The translations under genes and the position numbers were made by a program. Below are positions 9,777 to 17,979 of a stretch of DNA of 64,000 bases, piece after piece. The notes below the pieces were generated by a model. It saw only the letters and a list, made by a program, of their open reading frames with translations, was not told where the DNA came from and did no database searches. Positions within the stretch are counted from its first letter, which is position 1, and every line of letters begins with the position of its first letter. The stretch is from Myxococcota bacterium (GTDB taxonomy: Bacteria; Myxococcota_A; UBA9160; UBA4427). The stretch is taken from contig OZ252299.1 of NCBI GenBank assembly GCA_965250285.1, positions 1,824,001 to 1,888,000 on the forward strand, written 5' to 3'.

Positions 9777-9799
9777 CCAGGCTGTGGAGGGACCACCCC

Positions 9800-10555
9800 A
9801 TGCAGGCACTCGCCGGCGTCTCGTTCACGCTGCTGATCGGCGTCTCACTCGTCGTCGGCGTGCGCATGCTCGCGCTCGCCGCCCGCACCCGTGAGGTGCC
9901 CGAGTGGGCGCTGGGGGCGAACCTGGTGCTGGTGATGGGCGTCGCCTACCCGGGGATGATTCTGCTCGAGAGCGATCTCGGGTGGAGCCTCGGCGTACAG
10001 CGCGCGCTGATGATCGGGTTGAATCTCACGATCAATACCGGCTTCCTGCTGCTCTTCGTCTTCACGGCCCACGTGTTTCGGCCGGGCGTTCGCTGGGCGC
10101 ACTGGCTGATCGCAGCCGCGGCGTGCGCGTTCATCGTGCACGTCTCGCTCGTCGCGCACATCCTGTACACGGCCGAAGACCTCGCGGCGAGCCGGCCCGC
10201 GGCCACGCAGGCCGGCCTGATCTCACTCGGCACGGCATCGATCGGCTACGCGTGGTCAGGCTTCGAGGCGTTCGCCCACTGGAATCGCTTGCGCCGGCGC
10301 GAGCGGCTGGGTCTCATCGACCCGGTGCTGCGCGATCGCATGTGGCTCTGGGCGATGATGATCACGGCGTCGCTCCTCGGCGCAGCGGCCAACTGGGTCT
10401 ACCTGCTGCTCGGGATCGACGTGCTCGTGACCCCGTCGGCGATGCTGATCACGTCGCTCACCGGGCTGGCGCAGGGCGTCTTTCTCTGGCTCACGTTCAT
10501 GCCGCCTGCCGCCTACGTCGCGTGGGTTCGGCGCCGCGCCGAGCCGGCGGCCTAG
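9800..10555 (+). CDS. Integral membrane protein, about 7 TM helices, function unknown
   Basis: Seven hydrophobic stretches; GGAGGG RBS before ATG 9800. Confidence 0.8.
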   Translation: MQALAGVSFTLLIGVSLVVGVRMLALAARTREVPEWALGANLVLVMGVAYPGMILLESDLGWSLGVQRALMIGLNLTINTGFLLLFVFTAHVFRPGVRWAHWLIAAAACAFIVHVSLVAHILYTAEDLAASRPAATQAGLISLGTASIGYAWSGFEAFAHWNRLRRRERLGLIDPVLRDRMWLWAMMITASLLGAAANWVYLLLGIDVLVTPSAMLITSLTGLAQGVFLWLTFMPPAAYVAWVRRRAEPAA

Positions 10556-10574
10556 CGCTCCCACCCGCTCGGCT

Positions 10575-11558
10575 TCAGACCGCCGCCCAGGCTTCGAGCG
10601 CCGCATCGAGGTCGCCGCCGAAGACGGTCGGCGCGATCACCGGCAGATCGACCCCCGCCCGTCGAAACGCAGCGAGCCGACTGGCAATGCGCTCGGCATC
10701 ACCGATCGCGAAGACGCCCTCGATCCACGCGTCGGGCACGAGCGACCGCGCTTCGGCGTGCGCCCCCGCCGCCCACGCCGACGCGATCGCATCGATGCGT
10801 TGGCCCTGCCCGAGCCCGCGGTAGAGCGCGGCGTACGTCGGCACCGCGAGATACGCGGCCAGGGTGCGGCGGGCATGGGCGCGGCCGCGCTCTTCGTCGG
10901 GGTCGAGCAGACACCCGACGCGCAAACACACCTCGCCTCGGCCGCGCGCAGGCTCGGCCGCGCGGAATCGCTCGACGATGCGCGCCGCATGGTCGGGCCC
11001 GACGAGCGAGAGCCACACGCCGTCGGCCTCCCGTGCGGCCAGCTCGAGCATGCGGGGCCCGAGGGCCGCGAGATGGATCGGCGGCGGCGCGTCCAGCGCC
11101 ACGCCGAGTCGAAAGCCCTGCACGCCGAGCGCTTGCCCCGCGTCGTCGGCGCGCGCCCCGGCGAGCGTCGCCCTCAGCCAGCGCAGCGTGTCGCGCATGC
11201 GCGCGTAGGCGCGCCGAAGCGGCAGGCCGTTCCAGCCCTCGACGATCGGCGCCGACGAGGTGCCGAGGCCGAGCGTGAAGCGCCCCGGGGCCGCATCGGT
11301 GAGCGACGCGGCCTGCATCGCGAGCAAGGCCGGCCCGCGCGTGAAGATCGACGCGATGGCCGTCCCCAGCCGAACGCGCTGTGTCTGGGCCGCGGCCGCC
11401 GAGAGCGGCGTGAAGGCATCGTACGCGTCGGTCTCCTGGCTCCAGAGATCGGTGAAGCCGAGCGCTTCGATCCGGCTGAGACGTTCGCCATCCGCGGCGA
11501 GGGAATCGCCCGCGACCGGGCAGTTCAGCCCGATCCGCCGCTCGACGCGGTCAGCCGC
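10575..11558 (-). CDS. LLM-class (flavin/F420-dependent-like) oxidoreductase; canonical start codon missing
   Basis: The frame reads RIGLNCP...EALGFTDLWSQET..DAFTPL..AA.T.RVRLGTAIASIFTRGPALLAMQAA...GRFTLGLGTS...IHLAALGPRMLELAA; first ATG/GTG/TTG is at 11327. Confidence 0.8.
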   Translation of the reverse strand, partial: AADRVERRIGLNCPVAGDSLAADGERLSRIEALGFTDLWSQETDAYDAFTPLSAAAAQTQRVRLGTAIASIFTRGPALLAMQAASLTDAAPGRFTLGLGTSSAPIVEGWNGLPLRRAYARMRDTLRWLRATLAGARADDAGQALGVQGFRLGVALDAPPPIHLAALGPRMLELAAREADGVWLSLVGPDHAARIVERFRAAEPARGRGEVCLRVGCLLDPDEERGRAHARRTLAAYLAVPTYAALYRGLGQGQRIDAIASAWAAGAHAEARSLVPDAWIEGVFAIGDAERIASRLAAFRRAGVDLPVIAPTVFGGDLDAALEAWAAV

Positions 11559-12672
11559 GACCGGAGAGCCCCAGTGCGGCCTGGGCCACGACGCTGCGCA
11601 TGATCTCCGTGGTGCCGCCGCCGATCGTCTCCCACAGGCTCTGGCGCCACAGAAACTCGGGCCGTTCGCCCACGACGAGCGCCTCGGGCCCGCCGAGCTC
11701 GAGTACGGCCGTCGCGATGTGCTGGCTCGCCAGCGTATGCGCCACTTTGTTGGCCGCGGCCTCGGCCGCCGCCGGGCGCCCCGCGATCATCGCGTCGAGC
11801 ACGAGCAGGCCGTGCATCTCGACCTCTTCGGCCTCGACCACGAGCTCGGCCATGCGCCGCTGCACCACCGGGTCACGGTGCAACCCCCGCGCTTCGAGCC
11901 AGTCGCGCATCTCTTCGATGTCTCGGCGCACACGGCCGGGCGGAAACTGGATGTGCCGCTCGTCGGCCAGCGCCTCGCCCATGATCGTCCAGGCTCCGTT
12001 CTCGGGGCCCACGCGCTGCGCCTCGGGGACGAACGCACCGTCGAAATGCACCTCGTTCAGCTGATCATCGTCGAGCAGCGGCAGGGGCGTCACCGTCACG
12101 CCCGGCGTCTCCTTCGGCACGATGAAGAGCGAGAGCCCCCGGCCGCGGCTCTCCTGATCGCCGGTGCGCGCGAGCAGCCAGAAGCAGTCCATGTCCTGGG
12201 CGTAGCTCTGCCAGCACTTCTGCCCCTCGATCCGGTAGCCGCCCTCAGCGGGGATCGCGCGGCAGCGCAGACTCGCCAGATCGCTGCCGGCCTCGGGTTC
12301 GGAGTACGCCAGCGAGAAGTGAAGCGACCCGCTTCGAATCTCGGGCAGCCACTGTGCTTTCTGCGCTTCGGTGCCGACGCGGATGAGCGAGCGGGCCACG
12401 ATCCCCGCCGAGAGTGGGTTGCGGGCGGCGCGGGCATACGCGACCTCGTCCCAGAGGATGTACTCGTAGGCCGGGCCCCGGCCGAGTCCGCCGTCGACCT
12501 CGGGCCAGGCGAGCGAGAGCCAGCCGCGCTCACCCATCGCTTCAAAGAGCTGCTTCACTCGGGGCCACTGGTGGCCCTGCTTGAAGAACCCGTCGAGGTC
12601 GCGGTAGTCGGCCAGCAGCGCCCGAACGTCCGTGCGAAACGCTTCTTCGGCCTCGCTGAAGCGGGGGTTCAC
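11551..12672 (-). CDS. Acyl-CoA dehydrogenase
   Basis: FSLAYSEPEAGSDLASL, GQKCWQS, LNEVHFD, TIGGGTTEIMR; GTG start overlaps upstream TGA. Confidence 0.92.
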   Translation of the reverse strand: MNPRFSEAEEAFRTDVRALLADYRDLDGFFKQGHQWPRVKQLFEAMGERGWLSLAWPEVDGGLGRGPAYEYILWDEVAYARAARNPLSAGIVARSLIRVGTEAQKAQWLPEIRSGSLHFSLAYSEPEAGSDLASLRCRAIPAEGGYRIEGQKCWQSYAQDMDCFWLLARTGDQESRGRGLSLFIVPKETPGVTVTPLPLLDDDQLNEVHFDGAFVPEAQRVGPENGAWTIMGEALADERHIQFPPGRVRRDIEEMRDWLEARGLHRDPVVQRRMAELVVEAEEVEMHGLLVLDAMIAGRPAAAEAAANKVAHTLASQHIATAVLELGGPEALVVGERPEFLWRQSLWETIGGGTTEIMRSVVAQAALGLSGRG

Positions 12673-13514
12673 TCGTCCTCCCCACTGCGCGCGTTCGGGT
12701 CGGGGTTCCAACGCGGAGCGCGCTTCTCCATGAACGCGCGCGGCCCCTCTTCGAAGTCGGGATGCGCCCAGTGCAGGCGCAGCAACGCCCAGGCGTGCTC
12801 GAGCGCCTGGTTGTAGCCCTGCTCGCGCGCGCCCCACACGGCCTGCTTGCTGAGCGCCACCGCCTGGGGCGAGTTCTCGCAGATCTGCGCAGCGATCTCG
12901 CGTGCCGCCTCGAGCGCCGCTGCCGGATCTTCGGCCAGCTCGTCGACCAGTCCGAGCTGATACGCGCGCTCGGCCTTCATGCGGTAGCCCTTGCCCTGCA
13001 GCGTCAGGCGCAGCGCGGCCCCGAGCGGCAGCCGCATCGCGAGGCCGACGTTCTCGAGCGCACCGACCATGCCGACGTTCACGTGGGTATCGGTGAACGC
13101 GGCGTTCTTCGACGCCACGACGATGTCGGCGTCGACGACGAAGTGGTGGCCGCCCCCGACGCACAGCCCCTGCACCACGCAGAGGACCGGCTTCATGACG
13201 CGATTCTGATACGGAGACCAGAAAACGGCCTCGCTGAGCGGGCGGTTCGCGAACACCTCGTCGGCCTCGTCGCCTTCGGCCTCGGGCACGTCGAAGCCCG
13301 TGCAGAAGTGACGCTCGCCGCTGGCAGTCACGATCGCCACGCGCACCTCCGGGTCGTCACGGACGTCGCTCCAGATCGCACGGACGATGGGCTGCATGCC
13401 CGGCGTCAGTGCGTTGCCGCGCTCGGGTCGATCGAGGGTGATCGTGGCGATGCCTCCGGCCTTCTCGTAGCGAAGCCCCGGCAACGCACCCGAGAGATCG
13501 ATGTCACTCGCCAT
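12669..13514 (-). CDS. Enoyl-CoA hydratase/isomerase family protein
   Basis: ITLDRPERGNAL, FCTGFDV, KPVLCVVQGLCVGGG, DFEEGPRAFMEKRAPRW. Confidence 0.92.
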   Translation of the reverse strand: MASDIDLSGALPGLRYEKAGGIATITLDRPERGNALTPGMQPIVRAIWSDVRDDPEVRVAIVTASGERHFCTGFDVPEAEGDEADEVFANRPLSEAVFWSPYQNRVMKPVLCVVQGLCVGGGHHFVVDADIVVASKNAAFTDTHVNVGMVGALENVGLAMRLPLGAALRLTLQGKGYRMKAERAYQLGLVDELAEDPAAALEAAREIAAQICENSPQAVALSKQAVWGAREQGYNQALEHAWALLRLHWAHPDFEEGPRAFMEKRAPRWNPDPNARSGEDE

Positions 13515-14464
13515 CACGGCTCCTCCGCGCCCGTCGACCAACCGAGACCTTCGAGCACGGCGCCCAGGGCGTGGCGCTCGGTCGGCGCATCGGCCACCCA
13601 CTGGCGCGCCCGCCGAGTGAGATGGTAGATCGGTCCTTCGAGCGTGATCCCGACGGCGCCGAACACCTGGTGGGCGACGTGAATCGTGTCGAGCACTGCG
13701 CGAGCCGACGACAGCCGAGCCTTTGCAGCTGTTCGTCGCGGCGCAGCGATGTCGTGATCGAACGCGTAGGCCGCGGCGCGGGCCAGCCCCGTGGCAGCAG
13801 AGAGCGCCATGTGGACATCGGCCAGCGGATGCGCCACGGCCTGAAAGTCGCCGATCGGCTTGCGAAACTGCTTGCGCGTGCGCGCATGCTCGGCCGCCAG
13901 GCCAACGAGCGCGCGACCGCAGCCCGCCAACTTCGCCGCCCGAGCGATGTCGGCCAGGGTCGAGGCGCGCTCCACGGCGCCGAGCGCGCGCGAATCGACC
14001 AGCTGCACTCGAGCGACGGGGTCGCCGCCGAGGCTCGCCACGGCTTCGGGATCGCCGTTCGGCGTGCCGGCGCGCGCGCCGTCCGAGCCGATCTCGATGA
14101 CGACATCGGCGTCGGAGCCGTACGGAAAGAGCCCGCCCTCGCCGAGCGCGACGAGCGCCTGGCCGTCGGCGACCCGCGCGACCACGTCGGCGTCGCCGAG
14201 GGCCTGGGTGGCGAAATAGGTCGCCGTGAACGGGCCCGGAAACCCACCGGCGCCGAGCGCTTCCATGGCGGCGACGATCTCGAGCGCCCCGCCCTCGCCC
14301 CCCGGCGTGCACGGTGCAAAGACGCCGAGCTCCCCCAGCTCGCTCCAGAGCCCACGCGACCACGCGATGCGGCCCACCGCGTCGTCGGCTCGCTCGGCGC
14401 AGTAGCCCGCGAGCGCGTCGTGGATCGCCTGCTGGCCGTCGTCGAACGCGAGCGAGAGGGTCAT
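13514..14464 (-). CDS. Short acyl-CoA dehydrogenase (beta-subunit type)
   Basis: RKQFRKPIGDFQAVAHPLAD, HQVFGAVGITLE; 316 aa. Confidence 0.88.
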   Translation of the reverse strand: MTLSLAFDDGQQAIHDALAGYCAERADDAVGRIAWSRGLWSELGELGVFAPCTPGGEGGALEIVAAMEALGAGGFPGPFTATYFATQALGDADVVARVADGQALVALGEGGLFPYGSDADVVIEIGSDGARAGTPNGDPEAVASLGGDPVARVQLVDSRALGAVERASTLADIARAAKLAGCGRALVGLAAEHARTRKQFRKPIGDFQAVAHPLADVHMALSAATGLARAAAYAFDHDIAAPRRTAAKARLSSARAVLDTIHVAHQVFGAVGITLEGPIYHLTRRARQWVADAPTERHALGAVLEGLGWSTGAEEP

Positions 14465-15399
14465 GCGGGCGAAGCGGTCCAGCGCGCTTCGGCGAGCGCG
14501 CGTCGGTGACCGCGAACGCCGCCCATTTCGAGGCGCAGCGCCTGGAGCCGCATCGACCACACGTGCAGGTCGTGCTCGCGGGTGAAGCCGATCGCGCCCG
14601 AGAGTTGATGCGTCTCGCCGAAGACACGCTCGGCGGCGGCGATGGCGAAACTCGCCGCGGCGGCGACCCCCTCGCTCGGTGCACCGCGGTGGGCCGCTTC
14701 GCGAGCCAGCCAGCGGGCCCCTTCGATGTGGATGGCGCACTCGGCGAGCCGATGCTGCACGGCCTGGAACGATCCGATGGTGCGGCCGAACTGACGGCGC
14801 TGCTTCAGGTAGTCGACCGTCTCGTTGAGAGACGCCTCCATCGTGCCCACCGCTTCGACCGCGAGTGAGAGCCGCCAGAGGTCGGCCACGCGCTCGGCCG
14901 AGGCACCCGGCAAGGTTTCACCGGCCGGCGGGGCACCGGTGAGGCGCCCCATCGGATAGCCGAAGTTCGAGGGCACGGGCTCGACCGCGCCCGGCTCGAT
15001 CTCGATGGCCCGCACCGAGTCGGGCGCGACGACGAGCAGGGTGCGCGCGACCCCGAGAAACCGGATCGGCACCGTGAGCGAGCCGACTTCGGTGATCGCG
15101 AGCGCGCCCTCGGTCGAGAGGTCGGTCGTCGGCGCCGCGACCAGCGCGCAGGCCCCGGCCGACACGACGGCCCCGGCCCGCGCGGCCGCTTCGGTCACGA
15201 GCGCCGCTTCGAGCAGGCCCATGCCGCCACCGGCGGCGACGTCGAGAAAGCCCGCATCGGCGAGCGCGGCGTGCAGCTGGTTGTCGTACTCGCCCGCTCC
15301 ACCGAGCGCGATCGCACGGGCGGCGCCAGCCTGCTCAACGAGCAGGCGCTCGACGGCCTCCATCACGGCCGCCTGATCCGAGTCGAGCTCGAAATCCAC
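14461..15399 (-). CDS. Short acyl-CoA dehydrogenase (beta-subunit type)
   Basis: RRQFGRTIGSFQAVQHRLAE, HQLSGAIGFTREHDLH; 312 aa. Confidence 0.9.
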   Translation of the reverse strand: MDFELDSDQAAVMEAVERLLVEQAGAARAIALGGAGEYDNQLHAALADAGFLDVAAGGGMGLLEAALVTEAAARAGAVVSAGACALVAAPTTDLSTEGALAITEVGSLTVPIRFLGVARTLLVVAPDSVRAIEIEPGAVEPVPSNFGYPMGRLTGAPPAGETLPGASAERVADLWRLSLAVEAVGTMEASLNETVDYLKQRRQFGRTIGSFQAVQHRLAECAIHIEGARWLAREAAHRGAPSEGVAAAASFAIAAAERVFGETHQLSGAIGFTREHDLHVWSMRLQALRLEMGGVRGHRRALAEARWTASPA

Positions 15400-15425
15400 G
15401 CCCTACGCCTCTGCGTCCACGGTGA

Positions 15426-16571
15426 TCACTCCTTCGGCAGTCCGAGAAAGCGCGCGGCGATGAGATTGAGCTGCACCTCGGTGGCCCCGACGGCGACGCC
15501 CGCCGTCATCGCGAGCCGAAAGTTTGCATCGGCGAACGAGCCGTACTCCATCGCGTCGAGGCCGAGGATGTCGAGCGCCAGAGCGCCGACCGCCGTGTCG
15601 GCGGTGGTGCCGAGCACCCGCGCGAGCTGGGTGTCTGCGGTCGGCGGCCGATCCTTCGCGCGAATGTCGATCACCTTGTACGTCAGCACGCGGGCGGCTT
15701 CGCAAAGCGCCCGGGCTTCGGCCAGCTGGTCGACCACCATCGGGTCGGAGAGCAGCCCGCGCTCGCGGGCCATGTCGGCGAGGCGATCGAGGGTGACAGC
15801 CGCCCGCGCATAGCGCGCGGCCCCGACGCGCTCGTACTGCAGGGCGTAGTTGACGACGTCCCAGCCGTCGTGCTCGGGCCCCAGCAGCGTCGACGCCGGC
15901 ACCTCGACGTCGGTGAAGAACACCTCGTGGAAGTAGCGCTTGCCCACGACCGACGGGATCTCGCGCACCTCGATGCCCGGTGTATCCATCGGAACCAGCA
16001 GGACCGAGATGCCGCGATGCCGCGCGCTGTTCGGGTCGGTGCGCACGAGCAAGAAACAGAAGTCGGCGTGATTGCAGTACGACGTCCAGATCTTGCTGCC
16101 ATGGATGACGTAATGATCCCCGACCTTCAGCGCCTGAGTGCGCAGCGCCGCGAGGTCGCTGCCCGCCTCGGGTTCGCTGAAGCCCTGACACCAGAGCACC
16201 TGCCCCGACGAGATCTTCGGCAGGTGAAAGGCCTGCTGCTCGGCGGTGCCGAACTTCATGATCGCCGGGCCGATCCAGTTCACGTTCATGTACTGAGCGC
16301 CGCGGGGCTCGCCGATCGCCCAGCACTCTTCGCCGATGATCGAGTGACGCCATGGTGCGGCGTCTTTGCCGCCGAAAGCGCTCGGCCAGTGCTGGGTCAG
16401 CCAGCCTCGCTCGGCGAGCTGGCCGCAGAAGATGCGCGAGAAGTCGGATTGCAGGTCGCTGCCCGGGCCGTCCTTCGAGAGCTCCTCCCAATCTTCGGGG
16501 AGCGTCTCGTCGAGGAACGCGCGCACCTCGGCTCGGTGCTGCTCGTCTTCGGGGGACCAGTCGAAATCCAC
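15426..16571 (-). CDS. Acyl-CoA dehydrogenase
   Basis: WCQGFSEPEAGSDLAAL, GSKIWTS, FHEVFFTDV, GATEVQLNLIA; probable GTG start MDFDWS. Confidence 0.93.
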   Translation of the reverse strand: MDFDWSPEDEQHRAEVRAFLDETLPEDWEELSKDGPGSDLQSDFSRIFCGQLAERGWLTQHWPSAFGGKDAAPWRHSIIGEECWAIGEPRGAQYMNVNWIGPAIMKFGTAEQQAFHLPKISSGQVLWCQGFSEPEAGSDLAALRTQALKVGDHYVIHGSKIWTSYCNHADFCFLLVRTDPNSARHRGISVLLVPMDTPGIEVREIPSVVGKRYFHEVFFTDVEVPASTLLGPEHDGWDVVNYALQYERVGAARYARAAVTLDRLADMARERGLLSDPMVVDQLAEARALCEAARVLTYKVIDIRAKDRPPTADTQLARVLGTTADTAVGALALDILGLDAMEYGSFADANFRLAMTAGVAVGATEVQLNLIAARFLGLPKE

Positions 16572-16638
16572 AGGGGCTGCCCTCGCCGTGGCGGCGCGAT
16601 CCAACAGCGGAGGCGCGCCCGGCACGGGTAGCGAACGA

Positions 16639-16655
16639 TCTGACGGTGCGTCAAA
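16639..16655. promoter_or_regulatory. Second copy of the palindromic operator
   Basis: TCTGACG-GTG-CGTCAAA upstream of the ACAD operon, overlapping a minus-strand TTGACG. Confidence 0.6.
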
Positions 16656-16685
16656 TCCAGCTTCGACGAGGGTCTCTGGGCCAAT

Positions 16686-17339
16686 TCAAGGCTGTGGGTT
16701 CGCCACTCGCCGGAACCGGGCGCAGGCCGTCACACCGACGGCGAAGGCCGCCGCGATCAATCCCACCGGTGCGAGCAACGGCACCTCGGTGCCGCCCACA
16801 ACCTCGACCGAGGTCGAGCCGAGCGTGGTCACCTGATCGGTGACGTCCGTCCCCGGGTCGAGTAGGAAGATCCCGTCCCCCGAATCGAGCGAGAGGCCGA
16901 ATTCGCCCGGGCCGGGCGTCGAGAGCGCGCGAAAGGTCACCGTCGCGAGCCAGAGGTGCTCGGCCGATGCGCCCGGGTGCAGACTCAGATCGTTGCCGAT
17001 GAAGGCCACGTTGACTTGATTGAACGGGGGGACCGGCCAGAGGATCGGTGGATCTGCATTCGGCACGAGATACCAATACCTGGGCGTATACAACACGTAG
17101 CTCGGCATGGTCGAGAGGGTCGGCTCGTAGGCGAACCGGGTCGGATCGAAGATCACTCCGACGCTGAACATCCAGAGTGGCTGCTCGCCCTGGGTGTCCA
17201 GGTACACCTCGAACTCGACGAGATCGCCGGCCTCGACCGATGCGGGCGCGCGGCTGACGAGCTCGAACTCGATCGCAGCCGCAGGAGAAGCGAGTGCAAG
17301 ACCGACCGAGACGAGGACGATCGCGTTCGACCATCTCAT
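16686..17339 (-). CDS. Secreted cohesin-like beta-sandwich protein with C-terminal IPTL/PEP-CTERM-like anchor
   Basis: Signal peptide MRWSNAIVLVSVGLALASPAAA; VEAGDLVEFEVYL...FSVGVIFDPTRFAY...LATVTFRA; C-terminus VPLLAPVGLIAAAFAVGVTACARFRR. Confidence 0.65.
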   Translation of the reverse strand: MRWSNAIVLVSVGLALASPAAAIEFELVSRAPASVEAGDLVEFEVYLDTQGEQPLWMFSVGVIFDPTRFAYEPTLSTMPSYVLYTPRYWYLVPNADPPILWPVPPFNQVNVAFIGNDLSLHPGASAEHLWLATVTFRALSTPGPGEFGLSLDSGDGIFLLDPGTDVTDQVTTLGSTSVEVVGGTEVPLLAPVGLIAAAFAVGVTACARFRRVANPQP

Positions 17340-17391
17340 TCTTCCCGGCCTCCACTCTCGATCAAGGTCTCGGTGCCCGCGCGCTCGGGGG

Positions 17392-17808
17392 TCATGAGCC
17401 AGCGGGAGGGCACGTGCCCTTCTCGTTCGCGGCCGCGCAAGCGAGCCCTGAGGGCCCGGGGAGCGTGTACTGCCCGTTGAAGACGATCGAGATGTCGGCG
17501 AGATCGACGAATCCATCTCCGTCGACGTCGTACTCCGTGTTCGTTCCGTTGATCTCGGTGTAGATCACGTACACATCCTGCAGCGCCGAGACTCCGTCGT
17601 TGTTGAAGTCGCGATCACACAAGGTGCCGTAGCCATCCTCGTCTTCATCGCGTTGGTCGCGGTTCGGGACCAGGGTGCAGTTGTCGAGCGCGTCGGGGAC
17701 GCCGTCCGCGTCTGAATCCGTCGCTCCCTGGGTGCGGGCAGATAGTGGGAAGACGCAGATCACGCCCAGCAGACCGGTCATGGCCAGGCAGCGGACCGTG
17801 CGGTTCAT
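17392..17808 (-). CDS. Secreted thrombospondin type-3 repeat plus dockerin-like (duplicated Ca-loop) protein
   Basis: DSDADGVPDALDNCTLVPNRDQRDEDEDGYGTLCD, then DFNNDGVSALQD-helix...DVDGDGFVDLAD-helix; GGAGG RBS. Confidence 0.75.
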   Translation of the reverse strand: MNRTVRCLAMTGLLGVICVFPLSARTQGATDSDADGVPDALDNCTLVPNRDQRDEDEDGYGTLCDRDFNNDGVSALQDVYVIYTEINGTNTEYDVDGDGFVDLADISIVFNGQYTLPGPSGLACAAANEKGTCPPAGS

Positions 17809-17864
17809 GGGGCACCTCCGTATCCAGCGTGAGATCGAAAGCATGAAACACCGCGTGGAAGGAT

Positions 17865-17892
17865 GTCAACGCGTCGCAGAAGACGCGTTGAC
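17865..17892. promoter_or_regulatory. Perfect 11-bp inverted repeat in a divergent promoter region
   Basis: GTCAACGCGTC-GCAGAA-GACGCGTTGAC; each arm carries an outward-facing TTGAC; minus strand TTGACA-N18-CATGCT. Confidence 0.55.
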
Positions 17893-17979
17893 GCGTCGCT
17901 CGATCTCGCATGAAATAGGTCAGCCGCACTCTATTCGCCCCGGGGCGCCCCACCGCCCCTCGCCCGACCGGAGCTCCGT

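Noticed and set aside
10575..11558. Claim that the organism makes F420
   Set aside because: LLM family membership alone does not fix the cofactor, and no cof/fbi genes are in the window
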